Shown here: positions 19,439 through 28,677 of the stretch, piece by piece
Position numbering within the stretch: the stretch's first letter is position 1
Layout of the letters: each line of letters starts with the position of its first letter
Origin: Sumerlaeia bacterium
GTDB lineage: Bacteria > Sumerlaeota > Sumerlaeia > SLMS01 > JAHLLQ01
Reading direction: 5' to 3'
Length of the DNA: 64,000 bases
NCBI GenBank assembly: GCA_040219255.1
Contig: JAVJSW010000042.1
Span: 1 to 64,000 of the forward strand
Translations under genes and position numbers: made by a program
Notes under the pieces: generated by a model
The model's database searches: none
What the model was told of the DNA's origin: nothing
The model's input: the letters and a program-made list of their open reading frames with translations, nothing else

Positions 19439-19621
19439 GTGGAATCGATTCCCACAGCCGAATATCAAGCCATCGTGAACGCCATCGCCAGTGACGCCAG
19501 CCCCGTGGGCATCGATGCAAAACACACTCACGTGCTGATTCTGCACAAGTTACAGAAGATCGAGGAACGCCTCGCCCGCATCGAAGCGCGGATGGACGCG
19601 GCGCCCGAACCGCAAGAATAG
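19439..19621 (+). CDS. small hypothetical protein (60 aa) with C-terminal coiled coil
   Basis: GGAGGA RBS before GTG; SPVGIDAKHTHVLILHKL...IEERLARIE; typical codon usage. Confidence 0.7.
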   Translation: MESIPTAEYQAIVNAIASDASPVGIDAKHTHVLILHKLQKIEERLARIEARMDAAPEPQE

Positions 19622-19653
19622 ACTCGCTTACTTTTTGAAGGAACATTCCCATC

Positions 19654-20112
19654 GTGGCTGAAATCCCTGCCGAACCGAAACCCTACATCCCCGCCGAGAA
19701 GAAAGGCTTCTCGGGCAAAGCGGTCGCGCTCACCTTCGTCATCGCCAGCGCCGCTCTCGTGCTCTATCTTGGTATCGCCTATGTGATGGCGCTGAGGAAC
19801 GCAGAAGCTCGCCGCTCACCCCAGTTCCAACGCGAAGCGGTCGCCGTGGCGGCCCAGACCGCCGCCGACAATCCCGAACTTCTCCACGCCGTCCTGCCCG
19901 GCGCGGAAGCCAATGCCGCCAAGCTTCAACTCCCTAACGTCGAAGGCGAAATCCTGATCGTCAAGGGACCGGAAGGAGCCTGGGCGGCCGCTGTCTGGCC
20001 CCCGGAAACGCCCGAAAGTCAGGGCGCTCTGGCCCGATTGAAGACGGAGGCGGGACCGGATTGGGCGGCTTACGAGGATACTCTGGTTCTGTTCCAAGTC
20101 CAGCTTCCATAG
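19654..20112 (+). CDS. hypothetical single-pass membrane protein
   Basis: GAAGGA RBS, N-terminal TM helix. Confidence 0.7.
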   Translation: MAEIPAEPKPYIPAEKKGFSGKAVALTFVIASAALVLYLGIAYVMALRNAEARRSPQFQREAVAVAAQTAADNPELLHAVLPGAEANAAKLQLPNVEGEILIVKGPEGAWAAAVWPPETPESQGALARLKTEAGPDWAAYEDTLVLFQVQLP

Positions 20113-20274
20113 CTTTCCGCCTCCGGTAAACCGCTTTGGCGAATGCATCGGCCTTTCCCGCCTCCCCGCCCCATGGCGGCTTGACCACGCTTTCCTGCTC
20201 GTTCGAAATCCCCTCCACCGTCGCGCATCCCTGAACGCCGCCGGCCAGTCCCCCTCCGGAGCCGACCGATCCCG

Positions 20275-21279
20275 ATGAAGTTTCACGCCCTTCTCCCTGT
20301 CGCCAACGAAGCCGACATCCTGCCCGAATGCCTCGACGCGATGCTGACCTGGGCCGATGGCATCTGGGTTTTCGACACCGGCAGCGTCGACGACTCCTGG
20401 GAAATCGTGCTCGACTACGCCGACAAGAACAAAGCCGTCCGCCCCATCAAAAAGGACCCGGTCTATTACAGCGAACCCCTGCTGCGCGGCTACATCTTCG
20501 AAACCGCCCGCAAGGAAATGAAGGATGGCGACTGGTTCTTGCGCGTTGACGCGGACGAGTTCCATCACCTGACGCCACAGCAAATGCTCAAGGAACGGCT
20601 CCGACCCCACGAAACGATCGTTTATCATCAGTACTACGACTTCCAGCTTCTCGAGTCCGAAGCCGCCGCGCTCGATTCTCCCGAAGCCATCGAGGCCGAG
20701 CGCCAGAAGCCCATCGCCGAACGCCGCCGCCATTATATCCCCAGCGTCTACAGCGAACCGCGCATGTGCAAGTACCGCTCGACCATGAAATGGCCGCGGA
20801 CTGCGGGCTTTCCCGTAAATGCCGGATTTGTCGCTGTTGAGCGCTACCCGATCCGCCACTATCCCCACCGCGACCCGGCTCAACTCGACCGCCGGTGCCG
20901 CCTGCGCTCGATCATGCTGGCGGACAAGAACAACCAGCGCCACTGGCGCCAAGCCGCCGAGCACCACTGGGCCATTGAGGACTGGCGCAAGTTCATCGTG
21001 AAGGATGACGACGATCGTCCTCAGCACTGGGCCCCCGGCACGGACTTGCCACATCTGAAGCAAACCAATCACATCGCCAAGCCCCACAAGCGCCTCGCCC
21101 AACGCCTCGTCCACGCGTTCATGCTGCCCACGCTTGACAAGAAGCGCGAAGGCTTCCCCGCCGACGCCTATCCCGATCCCATCGGCGAGGACCTTCGTCA
21201 AGCTATCCGCGACTCGCTCCTGAGCGACGAGGCTCTCAAAGCCGGCCCCGAGGGCCACACCGCTCAGGCTAAATCCTAA
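20275..21279 (+). CDS. glycosyltransferase family 2-like protein
   Basis: NEADIL, FDTGSVDDS, W.LRVDADEF, IRHYP.R. Confidence 0.85.
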   Translation: MKFHALLPVANEADILPECLDAMLTWADGIWVFDTGSVDDSWEIVLDYADKNKAVRPIKKDPVYYSEPLLRGYIFETARKEMKDGDWFLRVDADEFHHLTPQQMLKERLRPHETIVYHQYYDFQLLESEAAALDSPEAIEAERQKPIAERRRHYIPSVYSEPRMCKYRSTMKWPRTAGFPVNAGFVAVERYPIRHYPHRDPAQLDRRCRLRSIMLADKNNQRHWRQAAEHHWAIEDWRKFIVKDDDDRPQHWAPGTDLPHLKQTNHIAKPHKRLAQRLVHAFMLPTLDKKREGFPADAYPDPIGEDLRQAIRDSLLSDEALKAGPEGHTAQAKS

Positions 21280-22412
21280 GCCAAGCGCTCGATCGTCTCG
21301 ACCACCATTTCCATCTGCTCTGGCGAATTGTAGAAATGCGGCGCCAGGCGCAGGAATCCGCGGCGCGATGACAGGCTGATGCCCCCGGCCATCAGCTTCT
21401 TCGCTAATTCCACCGGATCGTGCTCCGCGTGCGCCATGGCGAGGATGCCTGTGGCGTGCGCCGGGTCTGTGGAGCTGATGGCGCGCCAGCCCTGGGTTTC
21501 CAGGCCCTCGCGCAGGACTCGCGTGTTGGCCTGAATCCGCCGCCAGACTTCCTCCATCCCTACCGTATTGAAAATCGCCAGCGCCGCCCCGAGACCGTGC
21601 ATGCCCATGTGGTTCGGGGCGCCTTCCTCGAAGCGGCGCGCCTCCGGGTGAGGGGCGAGGTTCCGGGCTTCGTAGTCGTCGATTTTCTCGCGCCCGAGCC
21701 ACCCGCACATCGAATCGTTCAGTTCCCCGAGCACCGCCCGCCGCACATAGAAAACACCGCAGCCCTCGGGCCCCAGGAGCCACTTGTGCCCATCGGCCGA
21801 GACGAAGTCCGCCCTGCAATCCCGCACGTCCACCGGCACCGCGCCGAGGACCTGGATCGCGTCGAGGCAATAGAGCGCCCCGGCGGCTTTAACCTTCTCG
21901 CCCACCGCCGCCAGATCGTGGCGGAAACCGGTGGCGTAATGCCCTGCCGTCAGCGCCACCATCCGCACCGGGTGGTCGGCCAGGATCGGCTCCAGTTCCT
22001 CGATGGCGAACGTGTAATCCGGGCGCTCGGGCCATTGCACGACGCGCACGCCAAAACGCTCCTCGAGCGATTTCCACACGTACCAGTTGGCGGGAAAGGC
22101 GTGCTCCTCGACCACGATCACATCGCCCGCGCGCCAGTTCACGCTGTTCGCCACGATCTGGAGACCGTGCGTCGTGCTCTTGACGAAGGCGATTTCGCCC
22201 GCGTCGGCGCCGAGAAGCGTGGCGGCCTCGCGCCGGGCGGCATCGTTGCGGGCGATCCAGCGCGGGAAGGCCTTCAGGCCCTCCTCGCAGCACTCGCGGG
22301 CGTAGGTAGCGATGGCTTCCTGACCCGGGCGCGGCAGCGGCGAAACGGCGGCGTGGTTCAGGTAGATCTGCGATTCGGAAATGGGAAAGCGAGGGTCGGG
22401 ATTTGGAGACAC
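21276..22412 (-). CDS. class V PLP-dependent aminotransferase
   Basis: YLNHAAVSP, DAIQ.LG, DGHKWLLGPEG, RLAPHFYN. Confidence 0.9.
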   Translation of the reverse strand: MSPNPDPRFPISESQIYLNHAAVSPLPRPGQEAIATYARECCEEGLKAFPRWIARNDAARREAATLLGADAGEIAFVKSTTHGLQIVANSVNWRAGDVIVVEEHAFPANWYVWKSLEERFGVRVVQWPERPDYTFAIEELEPILADHPVRMVALTAGHYATGFRHDLAAVGEKVKAAGALYCLDAIQVLGAVPVDVRDCRADFVSADGHKWLLGPEGCGVFYVRRAVLGELNDSMCGWLGREKIDDYEARNLAPHPEARRFEEGAPNHMGMHGLGAALAIFNTVGMEEVWRRIQANTRVLREGLETQGWRAISSTDPAHATGILAMAHAEHDPVELAKKLMAGGISLSSRRGFLRLAPHFYNSPEQMEMVVETIERLA

Positions 22413-22627
22413 GGAGACCTCGGAGGGAGAAGTTTCACGGAGAGGGTGAAATAACTTCGACGGGCGGGCGAGGCCAAAAGGGCTGCGGCGCGCGCGGGCG
22501 AGACTTTTCGCTCGCCTTGAGGGGGCCCGGCGGGCGAGAAAACCGGCCCCGCGCGCCGCCTTCTTCCCGCGCGCGGCGGAGCCTCCGACGCCGGGGCATT
22601 CTCATTCCGCAAAGGATTTCGCTCGCC

Positions 22628-24820
22628 ATGAGCCAGCAAACCGTAGCCCAGCAAGTCACCATCACGTTGCCCGACGGCTCGACGAAGACGTACGACGCGC
22701 CTGTGACGCCGCTGGAGATCGCCCGTTCTATCAGCGAGGGCCTCGCCCGCGCCATCGTCGCCGCCCAGGTCAATGGCCGGACGGCGGATCTGGCGGAGCC
22801 GATCACGGAGGACGCCACCGTCCGCTTGCTCAAACCCTCCGATCCCGAGGGCCTCGAAGTCCTGCGCCACAGCGCCACCCACTTGATGGCCCAAGCCATC
22901 AAGCGGCTGTACCCGAACGCCTGCCTGGAAGACGGCCCGCCGACCGAGGAAGGGTTCTGGTACGACATCAAGACCGACCCGCCGATCACCCCAGAGGATT
23001 TCCCGAAAATCGAAGCGGAGATGAAGAAGGCCGCGAAGGAAAAGCTCGAAATCAAGCGCAGCGTCCTCAACCGCGAGGAAGCCAAGGCGCTCTTCGAAAA
23101 GCGCGGGGAGCCCTATAAGCTCCAGCTCCTCGACCGCATTCCCGACGGCGATGTGATTTCCTGCTACGAGCAGGGCGAGTTCATCGACCTCTGCCGCGGC
23201 CCCCACATCCCCCACACGGGCCACCTGAAGGCGTTCAAGCTGCTGAGCGTGGCGGGTGCCTACGTGGGCGGCGACGCCCGCAACGACCAATTGACCCGCA
23301 TCCGCGGCACCGCCTTTGGCAGCAAGGACGACCTGGCCGCCCATCTGCAGATGCTGGAGGAAGCCAAGAAACGCGACCACCGCAAGGTCGGCCGCGAACT
23401 CGGCCTCTTCATGAGCCACGAATGGGCCCCCGGCGAGACCTTCTGGCTGCCCCGCGGCAAAATCGTTTACGATATCCTGCGCAACATGAGCACGGACCTG
23501 CACCGGGCCGAAGGCTACAAGGAAGTCTTCACCCCGATGCTGTTCAAGAAGGACCTCTTCGAGACCAGCGGCCACTGGAAACACTACCGCGACGACATGT
23601 TCATCGTCCCGGGACAGGAGGCCTCCACTCTTACTAGTGACCAAGTAAGCTACTGGGAAGACAAGCTCTATGCTGAGTTCTATGAGGGGATGGCGAACGA
23701 TGACGATGACGCCTCGAGCCTCATGGCCGATTCGGCGGAGCCAAGCAACCACAACAAATTCAAGACTCGGTCACCAAAGTCTCTCAGCCAGCTTCTTGCG
23801 GAGCCTCAAATAGCTGCCAAATACTGGTTCTTGTTCGAGAAGAAACCGGGTGAATTCATTCGGTTGAGCAGTATTAACAGGGAAGTTTACGCCGTGAAGC
23901 CCATGAACTGCCCCTGCCACATGTTGATCTTCCGCGACCGCCGCCGCAGCTATCGCGAACTGCCCCTGCGCATTTTCGATCAGGGCGTGCTGCACCGCAA
24001 CGAAGCCAGCGGCACGCTGTCCGGCCTGACGCGCGTGCGCCAGTTCTGCCAGGACGACGCCCACATCTTCCTCGCTCCCAATCAGATCGAGGAAGAAATC
24101 GGCCGCGTCATCGCCATCGGCCAACGTATCTATGGCGCCTTCGGCATGACCTTCAGCCAGGTCTTCCTTTCGACCCGGCCGGAGAAGGCCATGGGTACAA
24201 AGGAGCAATGGGATCAGGCGGAAGCCGCCCTGGAAAGCGCCATCAAAGCCAACAAGCTCGAATACACGGTCAACGAAGGCGACGGCGCCTTCTACGGCCC
24301 GAAGATCGACTTCCAGGTCAAGGACGCCCTTGGCCGCGAGTGGCAGACGATGACCATCCAACTCGATTACCAACTGCCCGAGCGCTTCAACCTGAAGTAC
24401 GCCGCCCCCGACGGCACGGAGCAGCAGCCGATCGTGGTGCACCGCGCCATCTTCGGCAGTTTCGAGCGGTTCCTCGGCATCATCATCGAGCACTTCGCCG
24501 GTGACTTCCCGGTCTGGCTCGCCCCCGAGCAAGTCCGCATCATGACCGTCAGCGAGAAGAGCGTGGACTATGCCGAGAAGGTCCTGACGCAACTGCGAGC
24601 CGCGGGCATCCGGGCCGAACTGGACGACCGCGACGACAAGATCGGCGCCAAGAAGCGCGAAGGCCGCCTCGACCGCATCCCTTTCCTCCTGACCATCGGC
24701 CAGGACGAGGCGGACAACGGCACGATCGCCGTCTGGAGCCGCACCGGCGGCGACGAAGGCACGTTCGCCGTGGCGGACTGGGCCGCGAAAGTAGCGCCGG
24801 AAATGTCGATGACGTTCTAA
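22628..24820 (+). CDS. thrS: threonine--tRNA ligase carrying an 87-aa insertion
   Basis: TGS domain, RHSATH, DLCRGPH, RDHRK, KPMNCP, GLTRVRQFCQDDAH, GAFYGPKID, HRAIFGSFERF. Confidence 0.98.
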   Translation: MSQQTVAQQVTITLPDGSTKTYDAPVTPLEIARSISEGLARAIVAAQVNGRTADLAEPITEDATVRLLKPSDPEGLEVLRHSATHLMAQAIKRLYPNACLEDGPPTEEGFWYDIKTDPPITPEDFPKIEAEMKKAAKEKLEIKRSVLNREEAKALFEKRGEPYKLQLLDRIPDGDVISCYEQGEFIDLCRGPHIPHTGHLKAFKLLSVAGAYVGGDARNDQLTRIRGTAFGSKDDLAAHLQMLEEAKKRDHRKVGRELGLFMSHEWAPGETFWLPRGKIVYDILRNMSTDLHRAEGYKEVFTPMLFKKDLFETSGHWKHYRDDMFIVPGQEASTLTSDQVSYWEDKLYAEFYEGMANDDDDASSLMADSAEPSNHNKFKTRSPKSLSQLLAEPQIAAKYWFLFEKKPGEFIRLSSINREVYAVKPMNCPCHMLIFRDRRRSYRELPLRIFDQGVLHRNEASGTLSGLTRVRQFCQDDAHIFLAPNQIEEEIGRVIAIGQRIYGAFGMTFSQVFLSTRPEKAMGTKEQWDQAEAALESAIKANKLEYTVNEGDGAFYGPKIDFQVKDALGREWQTMTIQLDYQLPERFNLKYAAPDGTEQQPIVVHRAIFGSFERFLGIIIEHFAGDFPVWLAPEQVRIMTVSEKSVDYAEKVLTQLRAAGIRAELDDRDDKIGAKKREGRLDRIPFLLTIGQDEADNGTIAVWSRTGGDEGTFAVADWAAKVAPEMSMTF

Positions 24821-24824
24821 GAAG

Positions 24825-24973
24825 GGAGCGCGGGCTTCCAGCCCGTGACCAGCCAGCCTCCAGCCCACGCCCACACTCCCCCTTCGACAACAGCCAGCTC
24901 CCGGCAAAGCAACGCCGAGAGCTGGCTGTTAGCTTTAAGGCGCCACCGGACATGGGCGGGACGCCCATGCTAC
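24825..24973. repeat. REP doublet (REPIN-like): two inverted GGAG/GTAG-footed hairpins around a central hairpin
   Basis: GGAG-CGCGGGCT-TCC-AGCCCGTG (24825-24847); CATGGGCG-GGA-CGCCCATG-CTAC (24951-24973); AACAGCCAGCTC/GAGCTGGCTGTT stem (24889-24930). Confidence 0.7.
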
Positions 24974-25074
24974 CCAGAATTCCTCTCCCCCAACCCATTT
25001 TTTTCTTGATGTCGTAGAGCCCTCCCGGTGGGCTGAAGGCCGATGCGCTTTGTCCTGGGAGGTGACCTCGCCGT

Positions 25075-26244
25075 ATGTTGACGCTGCTCAAATCCTCATC
25101 CCGCCGCCACCCGGCCGCCGGAGACGAATCCTCGCAAGCCGCATTGCGCCATCATCGCCAGGGCGCCGAGGCCCTGGAGGCCGGCGATCTGGAGGGTGCG
25201 TTGTTCCATTTCCGGATGGGACTCGGCCTCTCGCCCCTGAACCGCGCGCTTCGCGAAGCCCTCGCCGAGGCGCTCAGCCAAGCCGCCGACAGCGAGGACG
25301 AGGAACCTTTACGCGGCCATCGCTTCGCCGCCGCCCCGACCGCCGCGCCCCGCATGGGATGGGAGGAATCGGACGACGACTGGGAGGCCGACGTCCTGCC
25401 CCCCGCGCCACCAAAGCGCCCCAGCCTGACCAAAGTGACCAAAGCCGTCGCCGACAAGACCGCTCAGGTCGCCAAGGCCGCTGCGCCGAAAGCTAAGCCC
25501 AGGACGAAATCCAGCCCCCAAGCGGCCCCCGCGGCGGCCCGCCGAGCGGCCGCGCCCCTCGCGCCGCGACGCCGCTTTCCCAAACCCACGTTCATGCTTG
25601 GCGGTTTGGCCTTCACCCTCGTCATCGGGGCCGGAGTGACCGGCGCCCACGCCCTCCTGGGCCAATTGATGCCCGGAGCCGACCTGCCAGTGGCGCAAGC
25701 GAGCGCCCATAACCCGGCGATTTCCGCCGCGCTCCGCGAAGCCAACGCCGCACTGCTTTCCGGCGAAGCCGAACTGGCGGCCGAGAGACTCCGTGCGTTG
25801 CTGACCGATCATCCTCAGGAAACGGAGGTCGTGACGCCGTCGCTGGTGATGGCGCTGCGCGCCGCCGGGGGCCAGGCCATGGCCCGCGCCGAATACGCCC
25901 AGGCCGCCGCGTGGTACACGAACGCCTCGGTTCTGGCACCCGAGGAGTCGGACAACTGGCTCGACCTCGGCCACGCCCACCGTCAGGCGGCCCAGTCGGC
26001 CAAGAGCCCGGCCGAACGCTTGTCGTCCCTCAAACGCGCGGAAACAGCCTACCGCAAGGCCCTCGACGTCGCCCGCGAACCCTTCTTCCAGGCCTCCGCC
26101 CACGCCAGCCTCGCTCAAGTGCAGATGCTGCGCGGCGACACGGCGGCGGCCCGCGCGAGCTATCAGCAGGCCAAAACTCTCGACGATGGCGCCCCGCAAG
26201 TCCGCGCGGCGGAAATCATGATGCGGGCGATGAACTCTGCCTAA
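25075..26244 (+). CDS. TPR-repeat membrane protein
   Basis: N-terminal TPR, low-complexity linker, TM helix, C-terminal TPRs (NWLDLGHAH, AYRKAL). Confidence 0.8.
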   Translation: MLTLLKSSSRRHPAAGDESSQAALRHHRQGAEALEAGDLEGALFHFRMGLGLSPLNRALREALAEALSQAADSEDEEPLRGHRFAAAPTAAPRMGWEESDDDWEADVLPPAPPKRPSLTKVTKAVADKTAQVAKAAAPKAKPRTKSSPQAAPAAARRAAAPLAPRRRFPKPTFMLGGLAFTLVIGAGVTGAHALLGQLMPGADLPVAQASAHNPAISAALREANAALLSGEAELAAERLRALLTDHPQETEVVTPSLVMALRAAGGQAMARAEYAQAAAWYTNASVLAPEESDNWLDLGHAHRQAAQSAKSPAERLSSLKRAETAYRKALDVAREPFFQASAHASLAQVQMLRGDTAAARASYQQAKTLDDGAPQVRAAEIMMRAMNSA

Positions 26245-26307
26245 GAGGCACAGAGAAGACCCTTCGCCAAGTTGTGCCGATGAAAGAATTGAACTGTGCC
26301 GAGCGGC

Positions 26308-27522
26308 CTACTGGCCCACTTGGGGCGCCACGTAAGTCCAGTACACATCGCCCGTGCCACCATCGATTTGATCACTGACAAACACGAGATGCAGCCCACC
26401 GGCCGGGTCGGCGGCCAGGCGGGGCTGAGCCACGTAGGGCACTCCGGAGACCTGCACACGGCGCGGACCGGTCTGAAGCAGGATATCCGAACGGCCGCCG
26501 TTTTCTTCGCGCCACGCCCAGGCTGGAACCAGGGTTCCGCTGGCGGCGTCGGGATCGGTCTGGCGCGCCTCGGCCGGACCCGGCAGCGCCAACGTCAGGT
26601 TGCCCCCACCGTTCTCCGCCGTCCGCGGATCGAAAGCCATCACCGACTCCATCCCCCCGTCATCCATCGAAACCCAGATGGCCCCGGTGGACCACAGGCC
26701 GCTGGTGGATGCCGAGGCTTCGCCGGTGCCGTACAATATCGGAAGGCGGTTGGTCGGCAGGCCTTGCAAATCGTCGAAATACAGCGGGAGCCAATCGCCA
26801 TTAGGGTCGAGCGTCGCGGACTGGATGCGGAATTCTTCGCCCGACAGGCTGTACCAATGGATCAAAGGCACTTCCCCACCGATCAGGGTTGGAAGAATGT
26901 CATAGGGAGCGTTGCCCTGAGTCAGGCACATCGTGTACCACTCGGCGTTTTCGTAGGACGTGCCATCATAGGGCATACCCACGATCACACGATAGGTGGC
27001 GCCATTGCCCTCGGCCCAGGCGAGAACCGGTTGGCCGCTGGGAAAGAACGCCAGCGCCGGACTCTCGATCGCATTCGCGGAAGCAGCCACCTCCACTGGT
27101 TCGGCGGCGCCGAGGCTCCCGCGCGACAGCAGCAGGCGCACTCCCCCGCCGGGCTGGGTCTCGACCCAGGCCACGGCGGGCGTTCCATCGGGGGCGAAGG
27201 CCACCGCTGCCTGCGATCCTGTGCCATCGGGCGTCGGATCGGCGGGCAAGGGCGCGGACCAGGCGGAACCCTCGGCCCAGAGGGCGAAATACACGGTTTG
27301 ACGCGATTCGCCAAGACCGCTCCAGGCCGCCAAAGCCCGCCCTTCCGCCGCCGCGATGGCGGGGTCGTGACTCAAGTCCAAACCGGGACTCAGGCTGACG
27401 AGGGCGTCGGGGCCAAGCTCTTCAGCGGCCGGCGCTTGGCCAAAAGCACTCGCGCCACCGATCAGGACGGAGGCTGAGAGGCTCAGAACAAAGGACTTCG
27501 GGTTTCGCGTGGGCGGTCTCAT
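26308..27522 (-). CDS. hypothetical secreted protein (beta-propeller-like)
   Basis: Signal peptide ending ASAFGQ; repeated P.(I/L)A....G.P..AW units. Confidence 0.7.
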   Translation of the reverse strand: MRPPTRNPKSFVLSLSASVLIGGASAFGQAPAAEELGPDALVSLSPGLDLSHDPAIAAAEGRALAAWSGLGESRQTVYFALWAEGSAWSAPLPADPTPDGTGSQAAVAFAPDGTPAVAWVETQPGGGVRLLLSRGSLGAAEPVEVAASANAIESPALAFFPSGQPVLAWAEGNGATYRVIVGMPYDGTSYENAEWYTMCLTQGNAPYDILPTLIGGEVPLIHWYSLSGEEFRIQSATLDPNGDWLPLYFDDLQGLPTNRLPILYGTGEASASTSGLWSTGAIWVSMDDGGMESVMAFDPRTAENGGGNLTLALPGPAEARQTDPDAASGTLVPAWAWREENGGRSDILLQTGPRRVQVSGVPYVAQPRLAADPAGGLHLVFVSDQIDGGTGDVYWTYVAPQVGQ

Positions 27523-27726
27523 CCCGGGAAGTGTGCGCCATCGCGGTGGTCTCGGCAACAGGAGAGTTGTGGACATTCAATCCGCCCCCGCCCTGTCCCG
27601 ATTCCACACTTCGCTTGCCCCTCGAGCGCCTTGAATTTCATGAAAGAATCCCCATGGGCGAAGGCCAAGAGCCCGGAATGCCGCATGGGAAATTTTCACT
27701 CTTTTCCATTTGGAAGGATCTTTCCA

Positions 27727-28665
27727 ATGATCGTCTCGGCCGAAACGCGCCTCTTGAAGCTCGGGTTGCCAAAGGGCTCGCTGCAGGATGCCACCCTGGA
27801 GCTGTTCCGCAAGGCGGGCTACACCTTCTCCATCGGCGACCGGCAGTACCATGCGCGCTGCGACGATCCAGAGATCCGCGGCACCCTGGTTCGCAGCCAG
27901 GAAATGGCCCGCTATGTGGAGGACGGCCACTTCGATTGCGGCCTCTGTGGCCTCGATTGGGTACGCGAAAACCAATCCGACGTCCACATCATCACGGACC
28001 TGATTTACTCGAAGGTCTCGCGCCGAAAGGTCCGCTGGGTCCTCGCCGCGCACAAGGACTCGCCGATTTTCAAAGCCGAGGACCTCAGGGGCAAGACCGT
28101 CGCCACCGAAGCCGTCGGCCTGACAGCTCAATACTTCCGCGGAAAAGGCATGACCCCCATCACCCCCGCCGACCGCCGCCGCCCCGACGCCACCAAGGGC
28201 GAGGTGCTGGTGGAGTTTTCCTGGGGCGCCACGGAAGTGAAGGTTCCCGACCTGGTCGATGCCATCGTGGAAGTGACCGAAACCGGGTCGTCCCTGCGCG
28301 CGAACAACCTGGAAATCATCGACACGGTAATGGAATCCAACACCGTGTTTATCGCGAACAAGGACGCCTGGGCCGACGAATTCAAGCAGCGCAAGATGGA
28401 AGCGATCGCCATGATGCTCAAAGCTTCGATCGACGCGGAAGGCCGTGTGGGCCTGAAGATGAACGTGCGCAAGGCCGACCTGGAAAACATCAAGGACTCG
28501 CTGCCTTCGATCACCAGCCCGACCGTCAGTCAGCTCAGCAATCCCGATTGGGTCGCCGTGGAGATCGTCCTCCACGAGAAGGACGTCCGCGATTTGATCC
28601 CGCAACTCAAAGTGATCGGCGCCGAAGGCATCATTGAATACCCGCTGAACAAAATCGTGGATTGA
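27727..28665 (+). CDS. hisG: ATP phosphoribosyltransferase (long form)
   Basis: KLGLPKGSLQ, FSWGATEVK, ETGSSLRANNL, GAEGIIEYPLNKI. Confidence 0.97.
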   Translation: MIVSAETRLLKLGLPKGSLQDATLELFRKAGYTFSIGDRQYHARCDDPEIRGTLVRSQEMARYVEDGHFDCGLCGLDWVRENQSDVHIITDLIYSKVSRRKVRWVLAAHKDSPIFKAEDLRGKTVATEAVGLTAQYFRGKGMTPITPADRRRPDATKGEVLVEFSWGATEVKVPDLVDAIVEVTETGSSLRANNLEIIDTVMESNTVFIANKDAWADEFKQRKMEAIAMMLKASIDAEGRVGLKMNVRKADLENIKDSLPSITSPTVSQLSNPDWVAVEIVLHEKDVRDLIPQLKVIGAEGIIEYPLNKIVD

Positions 28666-28677
28666 GGCTGCGGGGGG

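Noticed and set aside
21276-22412. Cysteine desulfurase (iscS/sufS) call
   Set aside because: The catalytic Cys loop is absent (SSRRGFLR), so it is left as a generic class V enzyme
22413-22627. T-box leader for thrS
   Set aside because: No T-box GGTGG-ACC motif or U-tailed terminator seen
23621-23881. Intein or self-splicing intron in thrS
   Set aside because: No Cys/Ser N-terminal splice block or His-Asn C-terminus, too short, and no recognisable group I/II features; kept only as an insertion
24885-24934. Integron attC site (AAC...GTTAGC)
   Set aside because: The stem pairs continuously without the unpaired spacer and extrahelical bases; no cassette ORF or integrase nearby
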